A model generated the notes under the pieces. That model searched no databases. It was not told the DNA's origin and was given only the letters and a program-made list of their open reading frames with translations. From contig NC_090340.1 in assembly GCF_035084215.1 (NCBI RefSeq), positions 3,720,001-3,784,000 of the forward strand: a stretch of 64,000 bases of DNA, written 5' to 3'. The position numbers and the translations under genes were made by a program. Below, piece after piece: positions 26,204-38,592 of the stretch. The stretch is from Heptranchias perlo. Lineage: Eukaryota. The first letter of the stretch is position 1. Each line of letters starts with the position of its first letter.

Positions 26204-29200
26204 CAATGTTTTGTTTGCTTTTGTATCTGTAGTCCTCACAAAATGAGAACTTGATGATTAGCTGTTACATTATATTAAAGTTCTGAGACATTTTCATTCC
26301 CCATTTTGCATTGGCCCTGATCAGAGCTTGGGTAGGAAGTATCCCAGAACTCGGTGCATTGGGGGGCAATTTCCGCGGGGTTCTCCTGGTATCCCACTGT
26401 AGCTACGGCGTAAGATAAGCGGAGAAACAAGAATGTGTTAACGGCCGGTTCAAGGCCGCCGGAGAGCTGGCGCCGGAAATTCCAGGACAATGCGTGTGGT
26501 AAAGTTAAGATTACCCAACAACTGTGCACGCTTAGGCTCATGTTCCATATTTATCTGAAATTTAAAGTCGCATTTACATGCACAGTCACTACTTGAATAC
26601 TCATGCGACGTACATGTACCTGCAAAAAAAAAACACCTTTAAAATTGAGCAGAACCCACAATGTTTCTTTCTTCACGTTGGGTTTTTCTTTCTCTCACCG
26701 AACCAGGCACAATGCCAGCGCGGTTTTAAAATAAGTACATAGCCATAGTGAGAGTCGTTTTTTCACTGCGCCTCAGAAGTAGTTTATCTTATTCGCAGGA
26801 TGAAGGTAACAGAACTGAAATCGTGGTCATATGTACCTGGAAGACTCGTTGCAGACCAAAGATGGTCCCGGTGAGTGGTACTTGAAATTTATCCAAGTGG
26901 TACGAATGAAAACAGAGAAGATCATTTGATGCAAGAGATTTCATTTTCTATTATGTCACTGGTGCAATGACATATCTTGATCTTCTTGACAAAAGCAGGA
27001 CATATATATGTAAAGCAAATAACAAAGGACCATTTAATAAACATAATGGACATGTTTCCTCTCTGTAAAAATAAAGATTGCTGACGTAATCTATTGCTAT
27101 AAACCAATTTTAGCTGAGAGAAATATGTTTCCTTAACATAGTATTGAAGAACAATATTCATAGGAGTTCTGCAGGGTAACAATTACAGTGCAAAATTAGT
27201 GAGTGCAGCTATGAATTGGGGAAAATGAGATTGTAGAATTAACTTCTTCCAGAGGTATATTTGTTGCTTTTGCATTGAGCCATGTTGCGTGTCTCTTATG
27301 TTGCAATCTTGTGGGCGCAAACCAAAGATCTGCGGCTGAAATAAGCCGTCCACTTGGTTCTTATCATGAGACAACAGTGCACTTCTCACATCTATTGGGA
27401 ATCCTGGCACTTTGAACCGCTTTCTCCGGTTGCGAGGGAATATATCCCGGTAGTGTCACAGGGCCTGATGCTGTCAAGAAACAAAATAACAGGCAAGGAA
27501 ATAACAAGACAAAAATCCTTTATAAATTCTACTGTCAACCCAGCAATCCCTCTGGAACGGACATTCAGTCTGCAAGCTCCAAAGTAAAACACTTCGGCTG
27601 GTAGCAACAGATGCTGGCAACGTGTGTGGCTTTTCTTTTTTAACCCGGTGTAAATGCCTTGTGGCCCTGAAATTCCTCTAGTCTTTTTCACGATCTCCGG
27701 CTGTATCTTCAGCGGAAGTAGGGAGACACCCGCAGAGAAATGGCCTATCAACCTTCAGCCGTCTAAGCCGTTTATTTTCTGGGCTTCGCTGATTTCCCTC
27801 TGAACTTAGGGCAAGAGATTGGAGAATCATTATGAAATGTCCACACTATTTCGAGAAATTGAAGTTAAAGTCATATGGAAGAAGATGTTTTTAATACTTT
27901 GGAGCAAAATACAGTGTACCTGGCAGCATCATTACAGACTATACAGTGATGCAAATTACCCCTACTCAGAATTCCATTGCCTAGTTTTCTGGTTTATTGA
28001 AATTGGCTTGCATGTTGTTGTCGTGAGACTGCAGGCAGCGCAGAAAATCCACTCCTTAGCGCAGGAGGTTTTAGAAAAGTATTTGAAGAAAGCCCCAACC
28101 TTATCCCTACTTTCTTCCACAATTCCGGCCGCTCACACGGCATCCCACCAGATTTTCCATTCTATATATAACGGGCGGTGGATTCGATACCGCCAGTTTT
28201 ATGCCCCCACCGAATTTGAAGGTTCAGCCCATTCTGAGAGTCGTTTGGATTTATATTTCCGCTAAAAGTTGGAGGCGTAGATTGTGCGTGTGCGTCCCGG
28301 AGTGCGTTTTGTCTGTGATTGTGTGTGTTGGTACTTTAGGACAAATATATTGAATAATAGAAGCAGCATCCCAGTTAAAACAGTGACACATGTCAATCAA
28401 TAAGGCACATTTTAGTGCCTCATCACGACAAACGTGCCAAAGAGCTTCACGGTATTATTTATTTGGCAGCAACTGTAGTTATGCACGAAAACATCAATGC
28501 TTGAGGGTTTCCCCGCGAAGTTTTCACATTTCTGTCACGGTTCTGCTGGAAATGTTCCGCGTGTATTCTCCAAAGAGTAGGAACGTTTCTCACCATGTAA
28601 TACCCGAGCAATTGTATTGAAGAAATTGACAGAAATCTGGACTTTCATGTCCTCAAAGCACTTGAATTTGGGAAATACAAAAACAGACAGATAAGATCAC
28701 TTTCAAACAGAACATTCTCATTTTGAGCTCAATGAATTAACTAATCATTAGAATGCTAAATGTTGCTAGAAATGCTGCAAGACAATTCGATGGAAACTGC
28801 ACGTGGTACTGGTGAGCGTTGAAAATGTACCGCTTTCATCTAAATGTAGCCGATTCGTAGCTAAAACTGTAGAGGTGAGCAGCTATTAAAATTAGTATCT
28901 TAAATTTGGAGAGGTAAGAGTTTCGCTTTCCGGTCCAGGAATTAAATCCTCGTTGTGGCGAAACGTTTAATCTGATATGTTGAACAATAGTCTAAAAATG
29001 CTCCAAAACTGATATAGTGCTCACCAACAATAACTTTTAATTTATTATTTTCATTTTACTAGGGTAAACATTTTGGAGAATGAATTCAAGCAATAATAAG
29101 AAAAGTAGTTCACGGGGCTTTCATAGAAAGTAAATGATTCCCCTAATGTTCCGTTTTAGTGTCTGTGTGGAACTCAGATGAGGGTGGCATCTAACAGCAA

Positions 29201-30923
29201 ATCTGTAAATTTACCTGCATTACTAACAATTCTTGAGACTAGACGAGTCCTGCTACACGACATTGCTGCTAATTGGTAACGTTATATTAATCTATTCAGA
29301 CTTTTTGAAATGTTGGTACACACATTCTGGAGTTTTACTGGATTCGTTTTTAACAGGGATCATCGTCTCAGTGCCTTTTTCCTGAGACAATAAACGGGTT
29401 GTGCAGTAATAATATTAAACGTGGATTAAAGATGATTCATTTCGTTCATGTAATATTCAGGGTTACTTCTTTAATCAATTCAATGTAATCATTTTTTTGT
29501 ATATTTTCGAAACATCACCACTAAATCAGACAAACATGTTCACCTGAATCAAATAGTACATTTATTATCTGTGAAAATGTGAATATACACATATGTTACA
29601 GTTATCTATCTTAAATCGTAATAAAACGAAATCACCTAATTTGAAGCGACTAAATTGTTCTTACTGCAATAAAACTTCTATTTCCAGATTGCATGTTTAG
29701 GAATCAACAATGTCAGAAAAATACTTACAGCCAATACAATGCTGCGAATTAAGCACGTTTTTAAAATACTTTTGACAATATGACAGGATCAAACATCCCC
29801 AGTGAGGTACACTTGCATTTTATCTTGTGATCTGACTTATAATAACAGAAATTATAACGTAAATGTCTGAGGCAGAGAGAGAAATATTAGAGGGAGAGAT
29901 CAAAAGAGATAGCCATATATTTATCAAAAATGATCAACACGATAGATGATTGCCAAAACATTTAGAAACTAATTGTCATTTTGTTTTCCGCAGTCCAATT
30001 CACTCTCTCCTGCCATATCACACGTCGTATTAAACGCGTTCTCTTTACATTTACCAAAGAGGTACATTATTAAGTGCATGATATTTGATACGTAAAACTA
30101 TTAATTATTTGTGTAACTTTAAACAATAGTTGATAGCACATTCAAATTTAACAGTTTCGCGGCAAAATGAAATGGTACCAGCCTTTCCCAGCAAGAGATA
30201 GTTGACATTGTATTGTGAAATCAACCTTTTTAAATTAATAAAGCACGAACTATTTTTGTATTCCGCAACATTGAAGAGCATTGGCAATCGGAATGGCGAA
30301 ATGTAAAGTGTAGCTGTAGAAGTTAATGGACATTAGTAAGTGTTACTAAAATTGGTATGTACTGCAATTAATTGTAGCCATATTATACCCATTCTCTCCA
30401 TGTTTATATAGTGCATAATGTGTTGCAATCGATTCTCAAACGCTTACAATCGATATGTATGAAGTTAAGTTGCAGAGCTCAAACTTAGGATCTTCAGTAT
30501 CACATTCTCCATAACACGTTATATAAATAAGCTTTCGTTATAAATATCCAAAATTTTGAGTCAAACACACGGTATTCATATCCAGATAGAGAACGGTTTT
30601 GTGCTTTGGGAAATATGAGCAATGTTTTGAAAAATCTATTAGTTTAACGTGATTAAGAATGTACATTTTTTTCAGAGATATCCTGTTTAGTACCTTTGAA
30701 AAACGCATTGAAATATGCCCATTCATAAAAAACAGAGCTGCTTCCAGAATCTGCAATTTTGTGCAATATTTCAATTCTATATGCAGAAGAAAGGATAGAT
30801 ATCTGTTCGTACTAAATGTAATTTATAGATTGTGGATATTGAGTTAATGGTGATTGGCATCTGTGAATAGTGAACAGCAGTGTTGGACCAATTGGATAGC
30901 TCTTCCTTAGAGCCTGCGCAGGG

Positions 30924-32115
30924 ATAAGAACATAAGAACATAAGAACATAAGAAATTGGAGCAGGAGTAGGCCAATCGGCCCCTCGAGCCTGCTCCGCCA
31001 TTCAATAAGATCATGGCTGATCTGATCCCAACCACAAATCTAAAGAACACAAGAAGTCGGAGCAGGACCCGGCCACATAGCCCCTGGGCCCTCTCCGCCA
31101 CCCACAGGGCATTGACCGATCCGAACTCAGCTTCATGTCCAATTTCCTGCCCGCTCCCCATAACCCCTAATTCCCTTTACTTCTAGGAAACTGTCTATTT
31201 CTGTTTTAAATTTATCTAATGATGTAGCTTCCACAGCTTCCTGGGGCAGCAAATTCCACAGACCTACCACCCTCTGAGTGAAGAAGTTTCTCCTCATCTC
31301 AGTTTTGAAAGAGCAGCCCCTTATTCTAAGATTATGCCCCCTAGTTCTAGTTTCACCCATCTTTGGGAACATCCTTACTGCATCCACCCGATCAAGACCC
31401 TTCACAATCTTATATGTTTCAATAAGATCGCCTCTCATTCTTCTGAACTCCAATGAGTAGAGTCCCAATCTACTCAACCTCTCCTCATATGTCCGCCCCC
31501 TCATCCCCGGGATTAACCGAGTGAACCTTCTTTGTACTGCCTCGAGAGCAAGTATGTCTTTTCTTAAGTATGGAGACCAAAACTGTATGCAGTATTCCAG
31601 GTGCGGTCTCACCAATACCTTATATAACTGCGGCAATACCTCCTTGTTTTTATATTCTATCCCCCGAGCAATAAAAGCCAACATTCCGTTGGCTTTCTTG
31701 ATCACCTGCTGCACCTGCATACCAACTTTTTGATTTTCTTGCACGAGGACCCCCAGATCTCTTTGTACTGAAGTACTTTCCAGTCTCTCGCCATTAAGAA
31801 AATAACTTGCTCTCTGATTTTTCCTGCCAAAGTGCATAACCTCACATTTTCCAATATTATATTGCATCTGCCAAATCTCCGCCCACTCACCCAGCCTGTC
31901 TATATCCCCTTGCAGGTTTTTTATGTCCTCCTCACTCTCTACTTTCCCTCCCATCTTTGTATCATCTGCAAATTTTGATATGTTGCACTCGGTCCCCTCC
32001 TCCAAATCGTTAATATAGATTGTAAAGAGTTGGGGACCCAGCACCGACCCCTGTGGAACACCACTGGTTACTGGTTGCCAGTCCGAAAATGAACCATTTA
32101 TCCCAACTCTCTGCT
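30924..32115 (-). mobile_element. Young 5'-truncated CR1-type LINE with uninterrupted RT C-terminal frame
   Basis: ORF 31133..32269: VTSGVPQGSVLGPQLFTIYINDL…KFADDTK…LVRPHLEYC…LEFRRMRGDLIETYKI, with no internal stops. (ttcttatg)n tail at 30924-30950. Confidence 0.96.
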
Positions 32116-32799
32116 CCATTGGATCCATCATTGGATGATGGATCCAATGGTCTCCTTCTGTGCTGTATGATTCTACAATTCTATGATATTCCAGTTGACT
32201 CAAGGGTGATTGTTCGGCGTCAAGTGGTGTAATTTGTCTTATTGGCAATGATATTTTATTCAGCACCAAACCTTCTAAGTTTGTGAATCATGAAGATGTT
32301 CGATATGCAAAGATTGCACAGTAACTTTATTTTAGCCTCAACATCAAGTTTTAATTTATTACATTGCCTATTCTTCAGTCTTTGATTGATTGCAGAACTA
32401 GTCATTCGTTACTTGTCTAGGTTCAGATGAAACATTGGTTATAGTGGTGAATGTAAGTTCATTTTTAAAGCCTGCTGTACCACCCAGTCTTCTATCCACC
32501 CGGAGGTTTGCAAAGTAAGATTAATCCATTGTATCTCCTGGCGAGTGAAAGACATCAGAAGTCTTTTTTGATCTTTTCTGAATAAAAGTTTGGAAAGGTT
32601 TAAAACTCCATTGGAAATTATTAGATTTATAAAGTAAGTGTTAAATTTAGGTATAGAATCGATTGTAATCTTTAGCATTCTTCTATGTTATATTCCTTCG
32701 ACATGAAAGAGCATCAACTTCAACTCTTGTCATGTTTTTATTTATACAGTATAAATAAATTGTGTCACTGTTCACATTAAAATAAAAGGGGCTTGTGGC

Positions 32800-34102
32800 C
32801 TCGTTCCAATGGGCGTTGCCATGCGGCAGCAGATACCTGGCATTTACCCGACAATGTGGAAAATTGCCCAGGTATGTCCTGTCCACAAAAAGCAGGACAA
32901 ATCCAATCAGGCCAATTACCGCCCCATCAGTCTACTCTCAATCATCAGCAAAGTGATGGAAGGTGTCATCGACAGTGCTATCAAGCGGCACTTACTCACC
33001 AATAACCTGCTCACCGATGCTAAGTTTGGGTTCCGCCAGAACCACTCGGCTCCAGACCTTATTGGAGCCTTGATCCAAACATGGACAAAAGAGCTGAATT
33101 CCAGAGGTGAGGTGAGAATGACATCAAGGCAGCATTTGACCAAGTGTGGCACCAAGGAGCCCAAGTAAATTTAGTCAATGGGAATCAGGGGGAAAACTCT
33201 CCAGTGGCTGTAGACATACCTCCCACAAAGGAAGATGGTAGTGGTTGTTGGAGACCTATCATCTCAGCCCCAGCACTTTGCTGCAGGAGCTCCTCAGGGC
33301 ACTGTCCCTGGCCCAATCATCTTCAGCTGCTTCGTCAATGACCTTCCCTCCATTATAAGGTCATAAGGTCAGAAATTGGGATGTTCGCTGATGATTGCAC
33401 ATTGTTCAGTTCCATTCACAAGCACTCAGATAATGATGCGTTCTGTGCCTGCATGCAGCAAGACCTGGACAATATCCAGGCTTGGGCTGATTAGTGGCAG
33501 GTCAGAGGCTGGATATTCTGAGGCGAGTGACTCACCTCCTGACTCCCCAAAGCCTTTCCACCATCTAGAAGGCACAGTCTAAAGTGTGATGGAATACTCT
33601 CCACTTGCCTGGATAAGTGCAGCTCCAACAACACTCAAGAAGCTCGACACCATCCAGGACAAAGCAGCCGCCTTGATTGGCACCCCATCCACCACCATGA
33701 ACATTCACTCTCTTCACCACCGGCGCACGGTGGCTGCCGTGTGTCACATCCACAGGATGCACTGCAGCAACTCGCCAAGGCTACTTCGACAGCATGTTAC
33801 GAACCCGCGACCTCGATCACCTAGAAGGACAAAGGCAGCAGGCACATGGGAACAACACCACCACCAAGTTCCCCTCCAAGTCACACACCATCCCGACTTG
33901 AAAATATATCGCCGGTCCTTCATCCTCGCTGGGTCAATATCCTGGAACTCCCTACCTGACAGCACTGTTGGAGAAACTTCAACACACAGGTCGCAGCGGT
34001 TCAAGAATGCAGCTCTTCACCACCTTCTCAAGGGCTATTTGGATGGGTAATAAATGCTGGCCTTGCAGGTGACGCTCACATCCCATGACGGAATAAAAAA
34101 AA
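32800..34102 (+). mobile_element. Family A LINE, 5'-truncated, internal deletion at ~33499
   Basis: ORFs 32809..33168 (WKIAQVCPVHKKQDKSNQANYRPISLLS) and 33586..34050; A-tail at ~34095. Confidence 0.92.
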
Positions 34103-34900
34103 CAATCTGTGTTTCATAAAGAAGTCACATTATGGAGGAATAAAAATAAAACCTTCAGCAGTGGAACAGAAATGCTGACGTTCATTATTAAATAATAGAC
34201 GAGCACACTCGGATAGTCAAAATACATGTCTTTGTTTAGATTTCGTTTGCATCCGAGAGCTTGAATTTGATAATCAATGGGATAAAGCTGATTGACGAAT
34301 TTAACAGTTCCTTAGCTACTAAATACTATTCGCATGTATACACTGTTTTTATTGATACGTGCTATTTCGAGTTGTAGTGGGCACTGTACGGATTTGAATG
34401 GACGTTACTAAGAAATTTGTTCAGACACAGTGAGGTTAATGTTTTGCATTGGTTTCTGGCAATGAAATACAAAGGATAATATTTCAGTTTTAGCATAGGT
34501 CAAACATTTCTCAAAAGCTCTTCCCTCGAACAAGCTCTGACGCAAGAAGCGAAAAAATATGCTGTAATATTTTCAATATTGGTTGCAAGTAGATGACACA
34601 ATGAATATTTTCCCCTCACATAATACAGCTGAGGATAGAAACACGCCTATGTGCGTGTCACGGGAGAGCAATTAATTGCTTAGTATAGCAAGTAGACGGA
34701 AAGATGCGACGACCCGTGTGTGAAGCCAGCAGGCACAGGAGCCAAATGAATTTTGTTTTCTTGGGGTGTAGGCAGGTTCTATAAAACATGTATTGTAATT
34801 CATATTTCAGCGCTGGCTAACATAAGGAAATGTTTCTAATTACCTCCTAAAGTATGCTTATTAGTTTAACCAGAGTTGGTAAGGAAATGAACAACTTTAC

Positions 34901-35208
34901 TGTGTATAAACCAATCACCTTCACTATGGCTGAAGTGCGCAGAGAAATATGGGATATCAGACATGTATAAACACTCACGCTTTGGACTGGCTGTTGCTCT
35001 TCCAAATAACTAACAACTTCGTTCACGCCCTCCTGTGTATTCCGCCGTTTGATTGTATTTATCCCAGTTGTAGTTTGGGTACCATTTTTAAACCAAGTGA
35101 TGGTGAGATCCTCCGGATAATATCCCGATGTTTCACATATCAGAGTCAGAGAAGCAGATCAAGCTTTTCGACTTTCCACTGAGGTGATCTTCAATGGAGT
35201 CCGCGCTG
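34901..35208 (-). pseudogene. Gene 2 C1-set Ig domain exon
   Basis: tctgctctgcag| AARTPLKITSVESRKA*SASLTLICETSGYYPEDLTITWFKNGTQTTTGINTIKRRNTQEGVNEVVSYLEEQQPVQSVSVYTCLISHISLRTSAIVKVIGLYT |gtaaag. TGA at 35161-35159; 3' border approximate. Confidence 0.92.
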
Positions 35209-35801
35209 CTGCAGAGCAGAAAATGCAAAAGAAAATAATATTACCGGGACTCCTTTGATTGATTGTAACACTATTTTGCTTTGTGTGCATTGCTGCACTA
35301 GTACTCCAGCGAATAACGCGATGGTTTCATCGTGTTTATGAATAGATGTTGCATATTACAAACTGTCAAGTAATTACATCGGGTACGTTTCTCTTGAACG
35401 CCTGAGCCAAAGAGCCGGATTCAGGGACAGAACTGCTCAATATGTTCCTTCTATTAAAATTAATGGAAAGGATGTCATGAGCTGCCCCGATTTTGCGAGA
35501 AAACAGATTATTTGTCAGTCGACGGCAATCTTTCCAATTCTATTCCTTACTTTAACAGACACCTTTAAATAACATATCTTACGCTTTTATTGTGTGTCCA
35601 TTATCCGTAGATAAAAATCGGCATCGAATGGGAAAATATCATAGCTGAAACATGTTAAAAGCTAAGAATTCAATTTCATCCAGCGTGCCTCTAATTGTTC
35701 TGATTGATATATTAGTTAACAAATACAAAAACGGTGACAAATATGCAATGCGTTTAATATTGAGATAAAACTACAACAGTATTCGCCGTGTTCACACTTA
35801 C

Positions 35802-36122
35802 CACATACTGCTAAATGTGATCCGCTTCCATTTCCACTTCTCCTTCCCTGACGGATGACTGTGCAGTAATAGACTCCTGAATCCCGACAACTCACATTCA
35901 GGAGCTGGAAGAAGCCAGCTCCTTTACTTTGGAGATAGAATCCATATCCCTTATCTGGCCTTATGTGCAGGTATTGAGTCTCATCGTATCTCCACCAACA
36001 TATGTTTACCTGGAAGTTATTCCGAGATAAGGGAAATGTGCATTAGATGCTGGCGTTCGAACCTTTGATCACAGTCATCCGCCCAGAAACTTGAGGCACA
36101 CTGAGCGAGGTATCGTCGGAGG
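35802..36122 (-). pseudogene. Gene 2 VJ-type Ig domain exon
   Basis: tctcagatag|…g|gtaagt, 321 nt (same as gene 3). ASDDTSLSVPQVSGRMTVIKGSNASI*CTFPLSRNNFQVNICWWRYDETQYLHIRPDKGYGFYLQSKGAGFFQLLNVSCRDSGVYYCTVIRQGRRSGNGSGSHLAVC. TAA at 36045-36043. Confidence 0.93.
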
Positions 36123-37471
36123 CTATCTGAGATAAATCAAGCAGGTATTTCTCATATTATAGGGCAGAGGGTAAATCAGTATGAAAGAAAATATTTTATA
36201 GAATGGAAAACTGCTTCACCCCTACTTCATATGGAAGGGATTCGAATACAGAGTACATACTTCCCAGTGACGATAATCCTCAGCAGAAGAGTTCCGAACA
36301 TTCTGTGTAATATCTCAAATTGTTGAGAATGCGTATAGCTACGAGGTGGATGGTTTGTAAGTAAGACGTTCAGGTAGATGCATCAGCATTGAGTCACAGC
36401 GAAGTTCCACATCATTGTCGTATAGTTTTAGGAAAGGTGGGGTATGAATTCAATGGAGTTAGTGGATAAGAAACTCGGCTGAGTTGTAAAACGAGCTCTG
36501 GATTGATTAGCGCCCGTTTTGCGCTATTTCCCAAGTGAGTGTTTATTCATTTAGGAAAAGAGGTGTGCACTTAAACCGTCGCAGAAATCGTCCATTTTAT
36601 TTAGAGTAAAAAGTTAAATGCTACCCGAAGCTTGCAGAAGTTCCAATTCATACTTAAACATGACTTGTCGAATCAGGATTGTTGCATTATTCGTTAAACT
36701 CCAGGAAATGTGTTCACCTGTGTAAATTGCCTCAACTTTAAGGATCTAGGATCAGTTTAGTAAGAATTCTATTTGTCCTACAAAGGGGGAGGTCGAATTT
36801 CAGAGGACTGTGTCGCCAACAGCCTGTTTGCCACATCTGAATAATTCGATGACGAGCCATCTCGATACACAATATCGAACTTACAATGAATTCTGTCGAC
36901 TCCTTGCATGCCACTCCTATCGTTATTTTAAGAAGTTTTCACATTTGTTTAGGCATTGCAAACATAGCAAGACTTCCGTCCATGCTTACAGTTCATCTAA
37001 CTCGTCCCTAGCAGAGGACCATTTCCTCCGAGATTGTTAAAAATCAGCAGAGATAAAATATCCAATGATGTTACTAATGCAGAAGCTTAGTTGTCTTTGC
37101 AATGGTGAATAATTTCCACTAACTCCACCACCCAAAGCATTGACGGAGCTGATGTTCACGTTGCCTTCAGGATCGCACTCCTCGTACTGTACCGTTAGTC
37201 TTCCCTGTACCCAGCACTGAAGACTCAAACACCCAGTTCACAACACTTTCTACTTTTCGTCAGGTGACACCTTAAATGGCGGATCCTTCTGCCTTACCGT
37301 ATGGTTCAGGTAGGCTTAGAAGACGCAGGACAGCATTGGAGGAAGGACAGAGAATACTCTCGTGGGCGAATTCAACCTTCCCTCTTCGAGAAAATGTTTA
37401 ATTTACCATTCGTTCCATTTCCTGTTTGTGGGTTCTCGCTGTATGCAAATTTAATGCCGCCTTTAACCAAA

Positions 37472-38111
37472 AATAGAATATAAAAACAGGGAGGTATTGC
37501 TGCAGTTATATAAGGTATTGGTGAGACCGCACCTGGAATACTGCATACAGTTTTGGTCTCCATACTTAAGAAAAGACATACTTGCTCTCGAGGCATTACA
37601 AAGAAGGTTCACTCGGTTACTCCCGGGGATGAGGGGGCGGACATATGAGGAGAGGTTGACTAGATTGGGACTCTACTCATTGGAGTTCAGAAGAATGAGA
37701 GGCGATCTTATTGAAACATATAAGATTGTGAAGGGGATTGATCGGGTGGATGCGGTAGGGATGTTCCCAAGGATGGGTGACACTAGAACTAGGGGGCTTA
37801 ATCTTAGAATAAGGGGCTGCTCTTTCAAGACTGAGATGAGGAGAAACTACTTCACTCAGGTCTGTGGAATTTGCTGCCCCAGGAAGCTGTGGAAGCTGTG
37901 GAAGCTACATCATTAAATAAATTTAAAACAGAAATAGACAGTTTCCTAGAAGTAAAGGGAATTAGGGGTTACGGGGAACGGGCAGGAAATTGGACATGAA
38001 TTTAGATTTGAGGTTAGGAACAGATCAGCCATGATCTTATTGAATGGCGGAGCAGGCTCGAGGGGCCGATTGGCCTACTCCTGCTCCTATTTCTTATGTT
38101 CTTATGTTCTT
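37472..38111 (+). mobile_element. Young 5'-truncated CR1-type LINE, near-identical to 30924..32115 but in inverted orientation
   Basis: ORF 37497..37916 (LYKVLVRPHLEYCIQFWSPYLRKDILALEA…) is almost identical to the 31-kb copy; ttcttatgttctt tail. Confidence 0.95.
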
Positions 38112-38370
38112 AAAAGCCACACTCACAGCACTTCAAAAAATAATCAGAGGTGAAACGCTTTGGGATAATCTGGCATGAGTGTAAAAGCAATGTTTTTCTT
38201 AAAATGGAACAGGAAAAGATGACACACAATATCCTGAGCGCATTACTTCCTGACACAACAAATCACAGAATTACATAGAATGCACAGCACAGAAATAGGC
38301 CATTAGGCCCAACAGTTCCACCGGGGTTTTTATGCTCCACACGAGCCTCCTCCCACACATCTTAATTTAA

Positions 38371-38592
38371 TGATGTGGAGATGCCGGTGATGGACTGGGG
38401 TTGACAATTGTAAACAATTTTACAACAACAAGTTATAGTCCAGCAATTTTATTTTAAATTCACAAGCTTTCGGAGGCTTCCTCCTTCGTCATTTTCACAT
38501 CGTTCACCTGACGAAGGAGGAAGCCTCCGAAAGCTTGTGAATTTAAAATAAAATTGCTGGACTATAACTTGGTGTTGTAAAATTGTTTACAA
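38371..38592. mobile_element. Penelope-like fold-back insertion with 12-bp target-site duplication
   Basis: 84-bp inverted arms 38408-38491 / 38509-38592 (1 mismatch, 17-nt spacer). TSD atcttaatttaa at 38359-38370 and 38593-38604. Contains a hammerhead core. Confidence 0.8.
38503..38541 (+). ncRNA. Minimal type-I hammerhead ribozyme motif
   Basis: ttcac-CTGACGA-a-ggagg-aag-cctcc-GAAA-gc-TT-gtgaa: stem I ttcac/gtgaa, CUGANGA core, stem II ggagg/cctcc, GAAA, palindromic AGCU stem III. Confidence 0.7.

Larger units (their letters stand above)
34901..36301 (-). pseudogene. Gene 2: non-rearranging VJ-C1 immunoglobulin-superfamily receptor pseudogene
   Basis: Degenerate leader 36301-36265 (MFGTLLLRIIVT-G, donor reads GG), V exon 36122-35802 and C1 exon 35208-34901. 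One in-frame stop in each Ig exon. Confidence 0.88.

Noticed and set aside
29729-29866. Minus-strand 138-nt segment with good AG/GT borders
   Set aside because: Stops in all three frames and no homology evidence.
31133-32269. 378-aa ORF as a host gene
   Set aside because: It is the C-terminal half of CR1 ORF2; the N-terminal ~50 aa are read-through from flanking DNA.
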